Shown one piece after another: positions 28,005 through 39,168 of a DNA stretch of 64,000 nt (within the stretch, counting starts at the first letter, position 1; every line of letters starts with the position of its first letter). The stretch lies in contig CAVXYC010000018.1 in the NCBI GenBank assembly GCA_963765765.1, forward strand, positions 64,001 to 128,000, written 5' to 3'. The notes below the pieces were generated by a model. It made no database searches. It had not been told where the DNA came from and saw only the letters and a list, made by a program, of their open reading frames with translations. The DNA comes from an uncultured Chloroflexia bacterium (lineage in GTDB: Bacteria > Chloroflexota > UBA6077 > JACCZL01). The translations under genes were made by a program, and so were the position numbers.

Positions 28005-29201
28005 GTGACCAACACGGAGCTCAGCCGTCGCGCCTTTTTGCGATCAGCTAGCCTGGCCGGCGCCGCTGCACTTGCATCGGCCTGCGCGCCTGCGGCGACG
28101 GCGCCATCGCCTACCGCGAAGGCGCCCGCGACGGCAGCAAGCGCCCCAGCCACGACCGCGGCGGCTCCAGCGGCCCCCACCGTGGTGAGCTCGCAACCGC
28201 CAGCCTGGCAAAAGGAATGGGATGACCTGGTAACGGCCGCCCGCAAGGAAGGCCAGGTGGTTTACGACATTACGCGGTCAAACCAGGGTGCTAAGGAAGC
28301 AATCGCCGACTTCAAGAAATCCTTCCCGGGCATCGAGGTGGAGCAGACTACATCCGCGTCAGCCTCCCCCTTCGCGGAGCAGGTGAGACGTGAGCAGCAA
28401 GCCGGCATCTACAACTGGGACGCGTACATCGGAGGCAGTCTGACTACCGTCTACGCCGATGGCTCCGTTGCGCCCATCAAACCAGTGTTTACGCGGCCCG
28501 ACGTTCTGGACAACTCGCTCTGGCGCGATGGTTTCGATGCCGGTTGGGTGGACCCAGAGAAGCAGTGGGGATACCTTTTCCAGCTCCACATCGAGCCGGG
28601 GTTCTGGATTGACAAGAACCAGGTCAACCCGGACGAGATCAAGAGTCCCACCGATCTGCTCAGCCCGAAATGGAAGGGCAAGATTCTGATGGCTGACCCG
28701 CGAATCAACGGGTACGGATCAGTGCCAACAACGGCGTTTCGATTGAAATACGGTGAGGATGCCTTTGTGAAGCTCCTGAAGGAGCAGGATGTGGCGCTAA
28801 ATCGCGACACGCGTCAGATCACCGAGTGGATGATTCGCGGTCAATATGCCATTGGCTTCGGGGTGGTCCAGACCATCCTGGACGAATTCAAGCTGGAGAA
28901 TCTGGGCAACAACCTACAGCCAATGCCGATGCTAGGCATCGATCTGGCCAAGCCGATCTGGCTTCCCAAGCAAGTGCCACACCCCAATGCCGCCAAGGTC
29001 TTCATCAATTGGTTGATGACCAAGGATGGACAAGAGGCCTGGTGCAAGGCGGTTGGCACTAACAGTCGTCGGACGGACGTGCCGGTGATTGCCCCGGCCT
29101 TCTATCCGAAAGATGGAATGGAGTTTCACTCCAGCAACGATGAAAAGGGAGCCGCCGAAACCCAAAAAACGCAGGATATCGCGAAAGAGATCATTGTCTA
29201 G
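28005..29201 (+). CDS. ABC transporter substrate-binding lipoprotein (Fe/thiamine-like cluster), Tat signal
   Basis: SRRAFL Tat motif, lipobox ASAC, Ala/Pro linker, DLLSPKWKGKI, PHPNAAKVFINWLMTKDGQ. Confidence 0.9.
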   Translation: MTNTELSRRAFLRSASLAGAAALASACAPAATAPSPTAKAPATAASAPATTAAAPAAPTVVSSQPPAWQKEWDDLVTAARKEGQVVYDITRSNQGAKEAIADFKKSFPGIEVEQTTSASASPFAEQVRREQQAGIYNWDAYIGGSLTTVYADGSVAPIKPVFTRPDVLDNSLWRDGFDAGWVDPEKQWGYLFQLHIEPGFWIDKNQVNPDEIKSPTDLLSPKWKGKILMADPRINGYGSVPTTAFRLKYGEDAFVKLLKEQDVALNRDTRQITEWMIRGQYAIGFGVVQTILDEFKLENLGNNLQPMPMLGIDLAKPIWLPKQVPHPNAAKVFINWLMTKDGQEAWCKAVGTNSRRTDVPVIAPAFYPKDGMEFHSSNDEKGAAETQKTQDIAKEIIV

Positions 29202-29227
29202 GACCAACTCTCTAAGGGGATGACACC

Positions 29228-29707
29228 ATGGCCATTGAAACCGAGCCCAAGGCTCAGACATTCACGCTCAAGACGCCGCTGCTGTCCAAGGGAGCGAGCA
29301 ACAACGTGGTCGTCGACTCTGATCTGCTCTGGATCTGGGTCAAAGTCTATGCAGAGGGTGGCGAGAACTTTCTTCACAAGCATGTGACCGAGGATCACGC
29401 CTTTGTGGTCCTGGACGGTCAGGCGACGTTCCACGATAAGGATGAGAACCTCACAGTGCTCAACAAGTACGACGGCATATTCATGCCACGCGGGACGTTC
29501 TACTCATTCACCAGCACCGGCGATGGTCCGTTGGTCCTGCTGCGCGCGGGCGCGGGCAAGGACGGAACCGGCTACTCAGAGAATCGCGAGTGGTTCCCGG
29601 GTGTGGTCGATACACGCATTGCCGCTGGTGAGCGACCCATTCAGATCCCGGGCAAGTTCTTCGGAGTCAACACCGATGCCAGGCTGATACCACCGCGTAC
29701 CCACTGA
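29228..29707 (+). CDS. Cupin domain protein (3' end probably 29687)
   Basis: GGENFLHKH..EDHAFVVLDG, PRGTFYSF. Removing one C near 29679 restores a stop and the next gene start. Confidence 0.8.
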   Translation: MAIETEPKAQTFTLKTPLLSKGASNNVVVDSDLLWIWVKVYAEGGENFLHKHVTEDHAFVVLDGQATFHDKDENLTVLNKYDGIFMPRGTFYSFTSTGDGPLVLLRAGAGKDGTGYSENREWFPGVVDTRIAAGERPIQIPGKFFGVNTDARLIPPRTH

Positions 29708-30744
29708 TCTCATCTGACTCCCATGTGATCGAGCCGCCGGGGCTGTGGGAAGAGCGCTTGCCGGCCGCCATTCGGGAGAGGGCGCCGAAGTATCCGGGCC
29801 TCGAAGTAGGCAGCCCGTTTCAAGCGCACGATGGCGGCTGGGATCCGGTAGCGCGAGTCAAGGAGATGGCCGTGGATGGGGTGAGCGGTGAGGTGCTTTA
29901 CCGAAGCCTCGCGATGGACCAGTATGGCATCGAGGACGCGGCGATCCAGGAAGCGTCCTTCCGCGTTTACAACGATTGGCTCATAGAGTACTGCGCTTAT
30001 GCGCCCGATCGTCTCTTCGGTGTGGGGATGATTGCCACATATGACATGCAGGCCGCTGTCGCGGAGCTTCAGCGTTGCAAGCACGCTGGCCTTCGAGGCG
30101 CCATGATCTGGCAGGTTCCTCCGGACGAGCTATCGTTCGCCTCGGATCACTACGATCCGTTCTGGGAAGCGTGCCAGTCGCTGGGGATGCCTGTGAGCCT
30201 GCATATCCTGACCGGCAAGCCCTACCCACCCGGAGCCGTAGGCGGCGGCGGACGTCGTACCGCAGTACAGGGATTGCGCATGGCCGTGAATACCAAGGTT
30301 TTCTACGCCATGAACGCGCTCAGCGACATCATCTGTTCCGGAGTCCTCGAGCGATTCCCGCGACTGCGGGTGGTCCTGGTCGAGAACGAGGTGAGCTGGC
30401 TGCCGTTCGTCTTGACGCAATGGGACAAGTACTGGAAGCGGGGCATTATGGATAGCCCGCTCACCGCTCCGCCAGGCGAGTATTTCCAGCGCCAGGTCCA
30501 GGCCACATTCTTCAACGACCCGCCCACACACATGCTGTTTCCGGATTGGGGAGTTGACAACTGCATGTGGTCCAATGACTTCCCCCACCCGAACTCCACC
30601 TGGCCGCATTCGCGCGACGTGATCGATCGCGACCTCGGTCACCTTGGCGCGGAGACCCGCAAACGCCTGTGCCATGACAATGTGGTGGAGCTATACAAGC
30701 TGCCCGGCTATTGCTCCTCTTGCGGAGATTGTTGGCGTGGGTAG
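29676..30744 (+). CDS. Amidohydrolase_2 family protein, frameshift just after start
   Basis: ISSDSHVIEP metal motif upstream of the ORF-track start, YNDWL, SLHI, GVLERFPRL, VENE, WSNDFPHPNSTWP. Confidence 0.88.
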
Positions 30745-30865
30745 AGAGCTTCAGAGGCTAAGCGTTGAAGGCTGGCGTGATCTGCTTCTCCGAACCTAAA
30801 TCCCTCACGCCCCTTCCCAGGCTTCTGTTGTATGGTGGCCTCAGTCGTTTGGGAGGACGCATTCA

Positions 30866-31888
30866 ATGAGGAAGATCGACGTATTCCCCCATATCTTCCC
30901 CAAGCCGCTCCTTGATAAGGCCTCGGAAGTGGCCGTGGAGCCCGCGCTGGGGCAGTTCAAGCGCAACAACGGCATCCCGGTGCTCTATGACCTGGATGCC
31001 CGATTCAGGGCCATGGACAACTTTGGCGATTATGTCCAGATCCTGACGATCTCAAATCCGCCTATTGAGTCCATCGGCGCGCCGCCGCTCTCAACGGAGC
31101 TGGCCAAGCTGGGCAACGACATCCTGGCAGATCTATGCGTCAAGCACCCGGACCGCTTCGTCGGATTCTCGGCATCCATGCCGATGAACGATCCGGAAGG
31201 CACGCTCAACGAAATCGATCGCGCCATCAATCAGCTCGGCGCGCTGGGCGTTCAGATCTACACCCACGTGAACGGACGCCCGCTGGACGATCCGATGTTT
31301 GAGCCGTTCTGGCAGAAAATGTCCCAGATCGACAAGCCGATCTGGGTGCACCCCGCACGTGGCCCGGGCATGCCCGACTACCCTACGGAAGACCACTCGA
31401 AGTATGAGATCTGGTGGACCTTTGGCTGGCCGTATGAGACCGCCACGTTTATGGCGCGCGTGGTCTTCTCCGGCATCCTGGATCGCTACCCGAATCTCAA
31501 GATTCTGACGCACCACGGCGGCAGCATCGTCCCGCATCTCTCCGGGCGCATAGGCCCTGGCATGGAGAACCTGGGCAACCGCACGCCCGGTGAGGAAGGT
31601 GACCAGCTCGTCCACCTTCGTCAAACGATGGCGAAGAAGCCTACCGACTACTTCAAGATGTTCTACGGCGACACGGCACTCTTCGGCGCGGGCCATGCCA
31701 TGCGCTGCGCCATGGAGTTTCTGGGCCTCGATCGCATGATGTTCGGCAGCGACATGCCGTTTGATCCTGAGCGAGGCACGGCGTTTATCCGCTGGACCAT
31801 GGAGAACATCGACGAGCTCGGTCTCACCCAGGCGCAGCTCGCCGATCTCTATGAGAACAACGCGAAGCGGATTCTGGGGCTCAAGTAG
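30866..31888 (+). CDS. Amidohydrolase_2 family protein (ACMSD / aromatic acid decarboxylase-like)
   Basis: IDVFPH, WVHP, FGWPYET, HHGG, YGDTA, FGSDMPF. Confidence 0.9.
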   Translation: MRKIDVFPHIFPKPLLDKASEVAVEPALGQFKRNNGIPVLYDLDARFRAMDNFGDYVQILTISNPPIESIGAPPLSTELAKLGNDILADLCVKHPDRFVGFSASMPMNDPEGTLNEIDRAINQLGALGVQIYTHVNGRPLDDPMFEPFWQKMSQIDKPIWVHPARGPGMPDYPTEDHSKYEIWWTFGWPYETATFMARVVFSGILDRYPNLKILTHHGGSIVPHLSGRIGPGMENLGNRTPGEEGDQLVHLRQTMAKKPTDYFKMFYGDTALFGAGHAMRCAMEFLGLDRMMFGSDMPFDPERGTAFIRWTMENIDELGLTQAQLADLYENNAKRILGLK

Positions 31889-31901
31889 TTAGGGAGATAA
31901 T

Positions 31902-31955
31902 GGACTACAGGGCCATCGAGGACGACAGCGAACGTCCTTGATGGCCCTGTAGTCC
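31902..31955. terminator. Hairpin between convergent genes
   Basis: GGACTACAGGGCCATCGAGGACG...CGTCCTTGATGGCCCTGTAGTCC. Confidence 0.7.
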
Positions 31956-31956
31956 C

Positions 31957-32430
31957 TTACGTCACTTCTGACGTCCTCGCCAGAATGGCGGCCAGGTTCC
32001 TACCCCCCTGGGTCATGACACGATCATGACTTTGCTCCAGGCGGTGGCGTGTTCCCGGAATAAAGCGCACCCAGGGCGACCATGACTTCTGAACCGCCAC
32101 ATTCCAAACATACGTGACCGCGCATCCCTCGCCTTCGGGGCGCAGCTTCCACTCGCCGGTGCCGATGAAGTCACCACTGGCTTCCAGCTTCATTTGAGTG
32201 GGCGGATTGTGCTCAATGACTTTGAGCTCGAAATCGAAGAGCGTGTTGAAGTCACCACGCACCCGGTATCGCGTGACGGATCCAACTCCGGTCGGACCAA
32301 CGGTCAACACTTCGGCGTATTCAAATCCCGGCCACCAGTTTGGAAACTGGTCGGGTCGGTTGAGCTCTTCCCAGACGCGCTCCATGGGCGCATCAAAGTG
32401 CCAGAGCGTAAGGAAGTGAAACGGCTCCAT
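31957..32430 (-). CDS. SRPBCC/START-fold protein
   Basis: DAPMERVW...FPNWWPG, GVGS, ASGDFIGTGEW. Confidence 0.85.
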   Translation of the reverse strand: MEPFHFLTLWHFDAPMERVWEELNRPDQFPNWWPGFEYAEVLTVGPTGVGSVTRYRVRGDFNTLFDFELKVIEHNPPTQMKLEASGDFIGTGEWKLRPEGEGCAVTYVWNVAVQKSWSPWVRFIPGTRHRLEQSHDRVMTQGGRNLAAILARTSEVT

Positions 32431-32913
32431 TCAGCGAGTCTCCATGGAAACAGAGGAATTCGCGCCGAGCTCCTCCAGCCGCTCACGCAGTCGCGCCATC
32501 GCCTCCGCGGATTCCCTGGCAATTCGAGTGCGGATGAACAGACGATCCGCGAGACGCTGCACTCGGTTTCGGGGCTCGTAAAAACACTCACGCTCAAACA
32601 GCGTGGCACCTTGCCCGTGCGGATGGAACGAGAACACCACGCGACCGCCGTTCCGGTTACCGACAACTTCCCCGTCGATAACCCAGCGTATCGGTTCAAC
32701 ACGCTCCACAACAGTCCACACGGCGCGTCCCAAACGGCCCGCGACGATGAACTCCTCGATTACCTGTTCACCGACCCGCGGAGAGTGATTGGTGGCGCCC
32801 GTCACGGCAAGGGATGACAAGAGCCAACGCGGCCAATTACCCGGTGTCGTCACGTAGTTGAATACCAGCTCCACGGGCTGGCGTATCAGGGCAGAGGAAT
32901 ATATGCGGGACAT
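32431..32913 (-). CDS. SRPBCC/START-fold protein
   Basis: PVELVFNYVTTPGNWPRW and C-terminal helix LRERLE. Confidence 0.85.
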   Translation of the reverse strand: MSRIYSSALIRQPVELVFNYVTTPGNWPRWLLSSLAVTGATNHSPRVGEQVIEEFIVAGRLGRAVWTVVERVEPIRWVIDGEVVGNRNGGRVVFSFHPHGQGATLFERECFYEPRNRVQRLADRLFIRTRIARESAEAMARLRERLEELGANSSVSMETR

Positions 32914-33214
32914 GCTTGTTACTTTTCTATAACCGCTCTGCGTGAGATCGGCAAGCCTCCATGTCAGTATTTTCCAGATCGCAAGCTCAGAACGTGAGTC
33001 AACCGGAGCTCAATAGTCATTGGTCCATCGGGCGCGATATCGTCTGATACAGTCACTCTGCGCAGGGCCCCATGCACGCATTCGATCGGTCGCGCCCAAT
33101 GTCATTCAGATTGCAACGCACGCCCATGGCGGATTCATCATCGAGCCGATTTAGGCGTGACCTGGCCCAGGTCCTGGCGCTTATCGTCACCTGCCATAGT
33201 CGGACTTCATTACC

Positions 33215-33349
33215 ATGACCGCCGCACGGGATAAGCGCATTCGCCTGCTGCTCCAGGCGGGGTATTACCTGCTCATCATCGCGGCGCTGATTCTGATGTA
33301 CGGCAAGGGCGATTTCTCCACGCCGCCATTCATCTATCAAAATTTCTAA
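33215..33349 (+). CDS. DltX-like 44-aa single-TM peptide
   Basis: MTAARDKRIRLLLQAGYYLLIIAALILMYGKGDFSTPPFIYQNF. The C-terminal FIYxxF motif is characteristic of DltX. Below the ORF-track cutoff. Confidence 0.75.
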   Translation: MTAARDKRIRLLLQAGYYLLIIAALILMYGKGDFSTPPFIYQNF

Positions 33350-33500
33350 AGGTTCCTCCTCGAGTCAGAATCGAGGCGCAATTCCGATGCGGTAGCCGCG
33401 GGTCCGTGGCTGGAATTCCTGGCTCCTGGCGTCAGCCCCGTCGCGCGCTCCTCGGGGAATGCCGCACAATGGAACTCGTGCACTGACGCACAGTATCGGC

Positions 33501-34704
33501 ATGAAGCTCGACGAGAACACCAAGACCCTCATCACCCTCTACATCCCCTCATCAATTGTGAGCATCTCACAGGGGATGGTGGTACCGACGACGCCGGCGC
33601 TGGCCGCGTCATTCGATGTTCAGCCGGCGCTGGCGGCTCAAGTGGTGACCGCAAACCTCCTTGGGCGAATGCTCGTCACGCTGCCGTCCGGCATTCTCAT
33701 CGACCGCCTGGGCCGTAAGCCGGCGATGATCGGCGGGCCGATTCTTATCGTTCTCGGTTCAATCTTAACGGTGGTCACTCCATCGTTCGCCTTGCTGGTG
33801 GCTGCGCAGCTCTTATCCGGCGCGGGTGCAGCCATCTGGGCGCTGGGTCGCGAGATCGCCGCGATCGATCTGATTCGACCGAATCAACGCGGGCGAGTGC
33901 TGGCCCTGTTCTTTGGAATCAATTCGGCGGGACAGGCACTGGGCCCAGTCATCGGCGGAGTTGTCACCGATTGGTACGGGTACCGGGCGGTCTTCCTGAT
34001 CGCCATGCTGTTCTCATTCGGAGTTATTGCCCTCTCCGCGGCAATTCCAAGAGACCGGGAAAAAGCATGCTCCGCACACTCAAACCCATATGTTCGACTT
34101 CGGGAAGCTGAGCGACATCAACCCAATGTATCGAGTGACGTTCCTGGTCGTTGTCCTGGCAACGTTCGCGCAGATGATCCGCATGACCGTGGTCAGCGCC
34201 ATGCTGCCGCTACGCGTGGAGACTGAGTTGGGATTCTCCACCACGGAGGTCGGTGCGCTCTTTGGCATCATTGGCGTGGTCAACCTCATCGTGATGGGTC
34301 CGGCCGGTTGGATTAGCGATAAGTTCGGCCGCAAGGCTGCTACCGTTCCAGCGGCCGTGCTCACCGCGATTGCTTTTCTCACATACCCACTGGCCACCGA
34401 TATGTGGGCACTCTCGGCGATCTCCGTTCTAGTAGGGATCGCCAGCGGTTTCGCCCTGGGTGCTATGACCGTCTACACGTATGACATCGTGCCCGATCAT
34501 GCCCGCGGTCGTCTGCAAGCATTGCGACGCACGCTGGGCGAAATCGGCGGACTGGGCGGTCCGGTGGTCGCCGGCGCGGTTGCAACCGTCACCGGCCCTG
34601 GAGCGACGTTCCTGGTGTTCGCTCCGTTGCATCTCTTATCAGCGCTTCTGCTGGCGTTCGTCGCGGTGGAGACAGCGGGTCGGAAGAGGGCGCACGCGGT
34701 CTAA
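33501..34704 (+). CDS. MFS transporter, frameshift near 34050
   Basis: GILIDRLGRK and GWISDKFGRK motif-A repeats in two consecutive ORFs. Confidence 0.87.
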
Positions 34705-34966
34705 TACTTGTCCGGGCTAGGCCAGGAATCGTTAACTTTCCGCACTTTCAAAGGGGCTTAGGCCGAGGATCTCGCAGAAGGCGGTCACCTTCAGCGGCTC
34801 GCTCGTAAGCGTGCGCCGCGTGTTTGATCTGCGACCGCGGGGGATCTGGGCAGCCAGTCGAGCTCGGATTTTCAAACGGCCCACCGTTGCGAACGCATAC
34901 GTGCGCGCTCCTAACTCTCCGCTACGAGTACCGACCAGTCCTGATCCTGAGATAAGGGCATTTGAG

Positions 34967-35311
34967 ATGCAGATAACGCTCGCTCTGGCGCTGGTGTTTG
35001 CCATTGCGGTGGCACTTTTCGCCGTACAGAACACCACGCCGGTCGCCGTTAGCTTTCTCTGGTTCCAGATCCCTGAGCTCGCGGTGTCAGTTCTGGTACT
35101 TCTGTGCACGTTCATGGGCGCACTACTCACGATCCTGGTAGGTACCGGACGGGAGTTTCGACGAGCATTGACCATGCGCTCACTCCGCGGTCAGATCGCC
35201 TCGCGAGACAAGCGAATCAAAGAGCTGGAAGATCAGATTGAGCAAGCCGGTCTGCAGCCCACCAAGCCCGAGCCGGAGCCGTTGGCGTTACCCCCTACCG
35301 TGGACACATAG
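34967..35311 (+). CDS. LapA/DUF1049 family membrane protein
   Basis: FAVQNTTPVAVSFL between two TM helices, then a coiled coil. Confidence 0.85.
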   Translation: MQITLALALVFAIAVALFAVQNTTPVAVSFLWFQIPELAVSVLVLLCTFMGALLTILVGTGREFRRALTMRSLRGQIASRDKRIKELEDQIEQAGLQPTKPEPEPLALPPTVDT

Positions 35312-35394
35312 CGCGGCCGAACGCGTGGCTAAATTGAGCCGCCGCTTCGGCTACGAGTATCATTGAGGTCCAGTAGGGCCACGGAGGGTTTGCA

Positions 35395-35775
35395 ATGGGT
35401 GCGTTCAAGCGCTGCGATTATTGCGGCAGAACTGTAAGCTGGAACGACATACAAGAGCGACGCACCTGGCTCGAGCTGCACTGGGACGTGCTTGACGATG
35501 GCCACCCCGAGCAGGTCTGGGACTTCTGCTCCTGGGACTGTGCCGTGAATTTCGGCCTCGCTCGACGTAAGGGCCCGGTCGGGGACATGGTTCGGGAGCT
35601 CGGTGATCGACTGATGGCGGCCGGGGCCCCTGAAGATGATTACATCAGCGCGCTGGACCAGGAGAAGTCTCGCCGCGTCCAGCGCCGGAGCGCCGCGCAA
35701 CGTGAAGTACACGCGCTCCTCGAGCAGCTCGAGCAGGGCGCCACAGGAGATAGCAAGAGCGATTCGCTCGGCTAA
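35395..35775 (+). CDS. Hypothetical protein with probable Zn-binding CxxC...FCSxxC motif
   Basis: GGAGG RBS. RCDYCG...DFCSWDCA. Confidence 0.7.
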   Translation: MGAFKRCDYCGRTVSWNDIQERRTWLELHWDVLDDGHPEQVWDFCSWDCAVNFGLARRKGPVGDMVRELGDRLMAAGAPEDDYISALDQEKSRRVQRRSAAQREVHALLEQLEQGATGDSKSDSLG

Positions 35776-35799
35776 CCGCCAGAAGAGCTGACCAAAAGA

Positions 35800-35831
35800 A
35801 GCCCGTGGCGAGTGAACACTCGCCACGGGCT
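35800..35831. terminator. Terminator hairpin between convergent genes
   Basis: AGCCCGTGGCGAGTG-AA-CACTCGCCACGGGCT with an A-tract on the left. Confidence 0.7.
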
Positions 35832-35870
35832 CTCCTTGCGTCTTCTCCTGCTGGGCAGCGCAGCATCGCT

Positions 35871-36659
35871 TCACTTTGGACCGCCGCGCGGTCCAAAGTC
35901 GTTGCTTACGACTGCGCCGGCTTTTCCTTTCCGGGATCTCGCCGAGTCTGACCGCTCATCATGTCGCTCGATAGCCTGCTGGTGGCGCGCGCGGATCTGT
36001 GCCGCCTGCTCGTCAGTCAGCGATCCCGCCTGAATCGCCGCGTTAAGGCGCTGCTCGAGCTGCTGACTCACCGTGCTGCGAAGCTGGTCCACGCTGAGGC
36101 CCTTTTCTTGCGCAAGCTGGGCCAGCGTCTTCCCGTTATTGAGCGCGTCGCGCAGGTCTTTGCCGTTCAGCCCGAGGGCCTGAGCAACAACTCCGCCAAT
36201 CGCCCTCACCTGGGGGCCGCCAATGCGAGCGTCCCTCTGGACGGGAGCCTTGGGTTTGCCGCCTTCAGTCCTGGCCGGCTTGGGCCCCTGGCCGATCCGG
36301 GCAATCCTCTTGTCCGCCTGCTCCTGGGTAATCTTCCCCTGCTGAACCATCTCAGTGATCAGGTCCTTGCGAGCCTGCGCGAAAGCCTCCGCCAGTCGCT
36401 CGGACGTGATGCCGAGGTTCGCCGCCACGCGCGCGCGCATCTCATCGTGCTGCTGCTTGTCCTGCCCTGGACTTGCCTGTCGCCGCCCTTCGCGGTTGGG
36501 AGGCGTGCCGACGGCGTCCGGCTGCGCCGATATTTGGCTGGGCGCGCTGAGAAACAGCGACGCCGAAATGCCGGCTACGGCAGCCGCCCCGGCAATCGCA
36601 ATCAATCGTGTACGTAGTGAGTGCACCAATGGCTCCTTGATCCTGTCCTCAGGTTTCAT
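35871..36659 (-). CDS. Secreted/membrane-anchored helical repeat protein (DUF2680/YckD-like)
   Basis: N-terminal TM. Repeated GKITQEQAD / GSLTDEQAA and GKTLAQLAQEKG. Confidence 0.75.
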   Translation of the reverse strand: MKPEDRIKEPLVHSLRTRLIAIAGAAAVAGISASLFLSAPSQISAQPDAVGTPPNREGRRQASPGQDKQQHDEMRARVAANLGITSERLAEAFAQARKDLITEMVQQGKITQEQADKRIARIGQGPKPARTEGGKPKAPVQRDARIGGPQVRAIGGVVAQALGLNGKDLRDALNNGKTLAQLAQEKGLSVDQLRSTVSQQLEQRLNAAIQAGSLTDEQAAQIRARHQQAIERHDERSDSARSRKGKAGAVVSNDFGPRGGPK

Positions 36660-36735
36660 GGAATGATCTACCGTGAAATGTACGGGGCAAGTATTAACGG
36701 GATGCTAACGGCTAGCTAATGTTTGGAAAGAGCCT

Positions 36736-37661
36736 GTGAGCGTCCGCTCCACAACAGCCCCAACGCTTGGCGCGACGGACTGGGGACGCCTCGTTATTCT
36801 CTCGGTTCTCTGGGGAGGGTCGTTCCTCTTCATCAAGATCGCCGTAACTGAGCTTCCGCCGCTGCTCGTGGTTCTCGCCCGGGTAGGCATAGGAGCCGCT
36901 GCACTGCACATGGCCATCCGTTGGACGCGAGCCCGGATCCCCTGGAATCGCCCCCTGGCCGTTCGATTGTTCATCCTGGGTCTCGTCAATAATGTGATCC
37001 CGTTCAGCTTGATCTTCTTCGGCCAACGGGAGATTCCAGACCGGATTGGGCGCGATCCTGAACTCCACAATGCCCATCTTCAGCGTAATCCTGGCGCACT
37101 ATCTCACGCGCGACGAGCCCATGACAGCGCGCCGCATTCTCGGTGTGTTGCTGGGTGTGCTGGGCGTGATAGTGCTCGTGGGCTTCGGAGCAATCACCGG
37201 ATCCGTGCGTGAGCTGATCGGCATGGCAGCAATTATCCTGGCGTGCCTGAGCTACTCCCTGGGCGCCATCTATGCGCGTCGATTCCCGAGCCTTTCATCC
37301 GCGGCGCTTGCGGAAGGGCAGCTCGTCTGCGCCGCGCTGTTCCTATTTCCAATCGTCATGGTCGTTGACCAACCATGGACCGCTGCCACCGCCAAGTCTG
37401 GCCGCGGGCCTGGCCGTTCTGGCGCTCGCGATACTCTGCACGTCAATCGCCTACCTGCTGTACTTCCACGTGATCAAGACCAGCGGCGCCAGCAACGCCA
37501 GTCTTGTAACGCTGCTCATACCCATCAGCGGAGTCATCCTGGGCGCATTTGTTCTCCACGAGCCGATCCACCTGGAGCAGATCGCCGGCATGGCGCTGAT
37601 CATCTGCGGCCTCCTGGTCATCGACGGCCGCCTTTTCCAACGACAGAGTCGCATTCCGTGA
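36736..37661 (+). CDS. DMT/EamA family transporter, two frameshifts
   Basis: LWGGSFLFIKIA, NNVIPF, LNSTMPIF, LCTSIAYLLYF, LHEPI across three frames. Confidence 0.85.
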
Positions 37662-39151
37662 GCGCGCGGTTCCTACCGCGAACGCATCGGCCACGGGTCG
37701 ACCCAATGAGTTTGATCCGGGGCGCGCACGTGAGTAGCGGTTCCGCTAGCGAAATCCACGCGACTCTGAGGACGTGGATGAATGTGGTCGGATCCGGAGA
37801 TGCCGCGGAAGGAACCGCGCCCTTACGGGATGCGGTTCCGCTGGCTCCAGCACCGTCCGCTCGCCGCTCATCCACTCCCGCGCACCTTCCTCGGATGGGC
37901 ACATTCTTCGGCAGCTCCAGGTCCACGGGGATCAACCGCCAGACGTCCCCATGCGAAGCGCCGTAGGGTTCCACGCCCTGGCTAAGCTCGCGCGCGGCCC
38001 GCAGAAGCCGTCGCCGAACAGCGATCACCGCGGCGTCGCTCGTGCCCAGATGCTCCTTGGTGCGATCGTAGATCGCGCCAATCGGCTCGTTCACCGCGCG
38101 ATCCTGCTGGACCTGCGATTTGATGCCCGAGGCGGATGAGCGCCGTTGCGCGTCACGATCGATCAGGTAATCGTTGTCCTTGTTCTCCTTGCAGCGAAAC
38201 GTGCCCGGGATTAGCTCCGGGAAGAGCACGCCAGCAGTCTTGTAATCCTGCAGCTCGCCGTCTGACAGCGGCTTGTACGGGTTCCAGCGAATGCGGAACT
38301 GCCAGCTATGCTCGTCGTCAATGGGGACACGCAATGCGCCGAGCTGACTCGTTCCCGGTGCGCCGCCCATGACCATGCCGTAGGGCATGAACCAATGGTT
38401 GACATGCCAGCTATAGACGCCCTCGCCGGTGTCACGCCGCCAGGCCATGGTGATACCGACATCCGTCTCCGTAAGCATCGCCTGCGGTCGAGTATCCTCG
38501 ACGTAGAACCGCTTGATGCCCTGCCCGGCCACCGAGATCACGCCGTTCCTGACCCGCTCCAGAAATGGCTTGCTGGTGTCCGGGTCCAGTCGACTATGCA
38601 GAAACGCGAAGTGGCTATCGTCGATGTCGCCTTCGAGCGCCTGCAGGTAATTGCACTCCACCTCGAACTTCAGGATGTATCGATGGCTCTCGGGCAGGAG
38701 CATCCAGGCCAGCTCCGGCATCACCGGCCGCTTGTCCGCTGGGCCCATGTACGTCCAAACGATCCCCGCTCGCTCCACGCACGGGTACGTGACCACCCTG
38801 ACCTTGTGCTTGAAGTTGATTCCGGCGGCTCATTGGGCATATCCACGCACGCTCCGGAAGCATCGAACTTCCAGCCGTGGTAGACGCAGCGCAGCCCGTT
38901 CTCCTCGTTGCGCCCGAAGAACAGCGACGCCCCCCGATGCGGGCAGTTCTCCGCGACCAGCGAGACCGTCCCGTCAGTATCCCGAAAAGCGACCAGATTC
39001 TCGCTCAGCAGCCGAATCCGCACTGGCGGACAATCCGGCTCCGGCAGCTCCCAGCTCATCAAGGCCGGCAGCCAGAACCGCCGCCACAGCTCGCCCATCG
39101 GCGTGCCGGGCCGGTGCGGGTGATCAGCTCGTTGTCAGCGTGGGAGAGCAC
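37618..39151 (-). CDS. Rieske aromatic oxygenase alpha subunit (phthalate 4,5-dioxygenase/LigXa-like), several frameshifts; 3' end uncertain
   Basis: GTG start VLSHADNELITR, CPHRGASL, CVYHGWKFD, EGDIDDSHFAFLH, QDRAV, EHLGTSD. Confidence 0.88.
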
Positions 39152-39168
39152 TGTCAGGCCCGCCCGCT

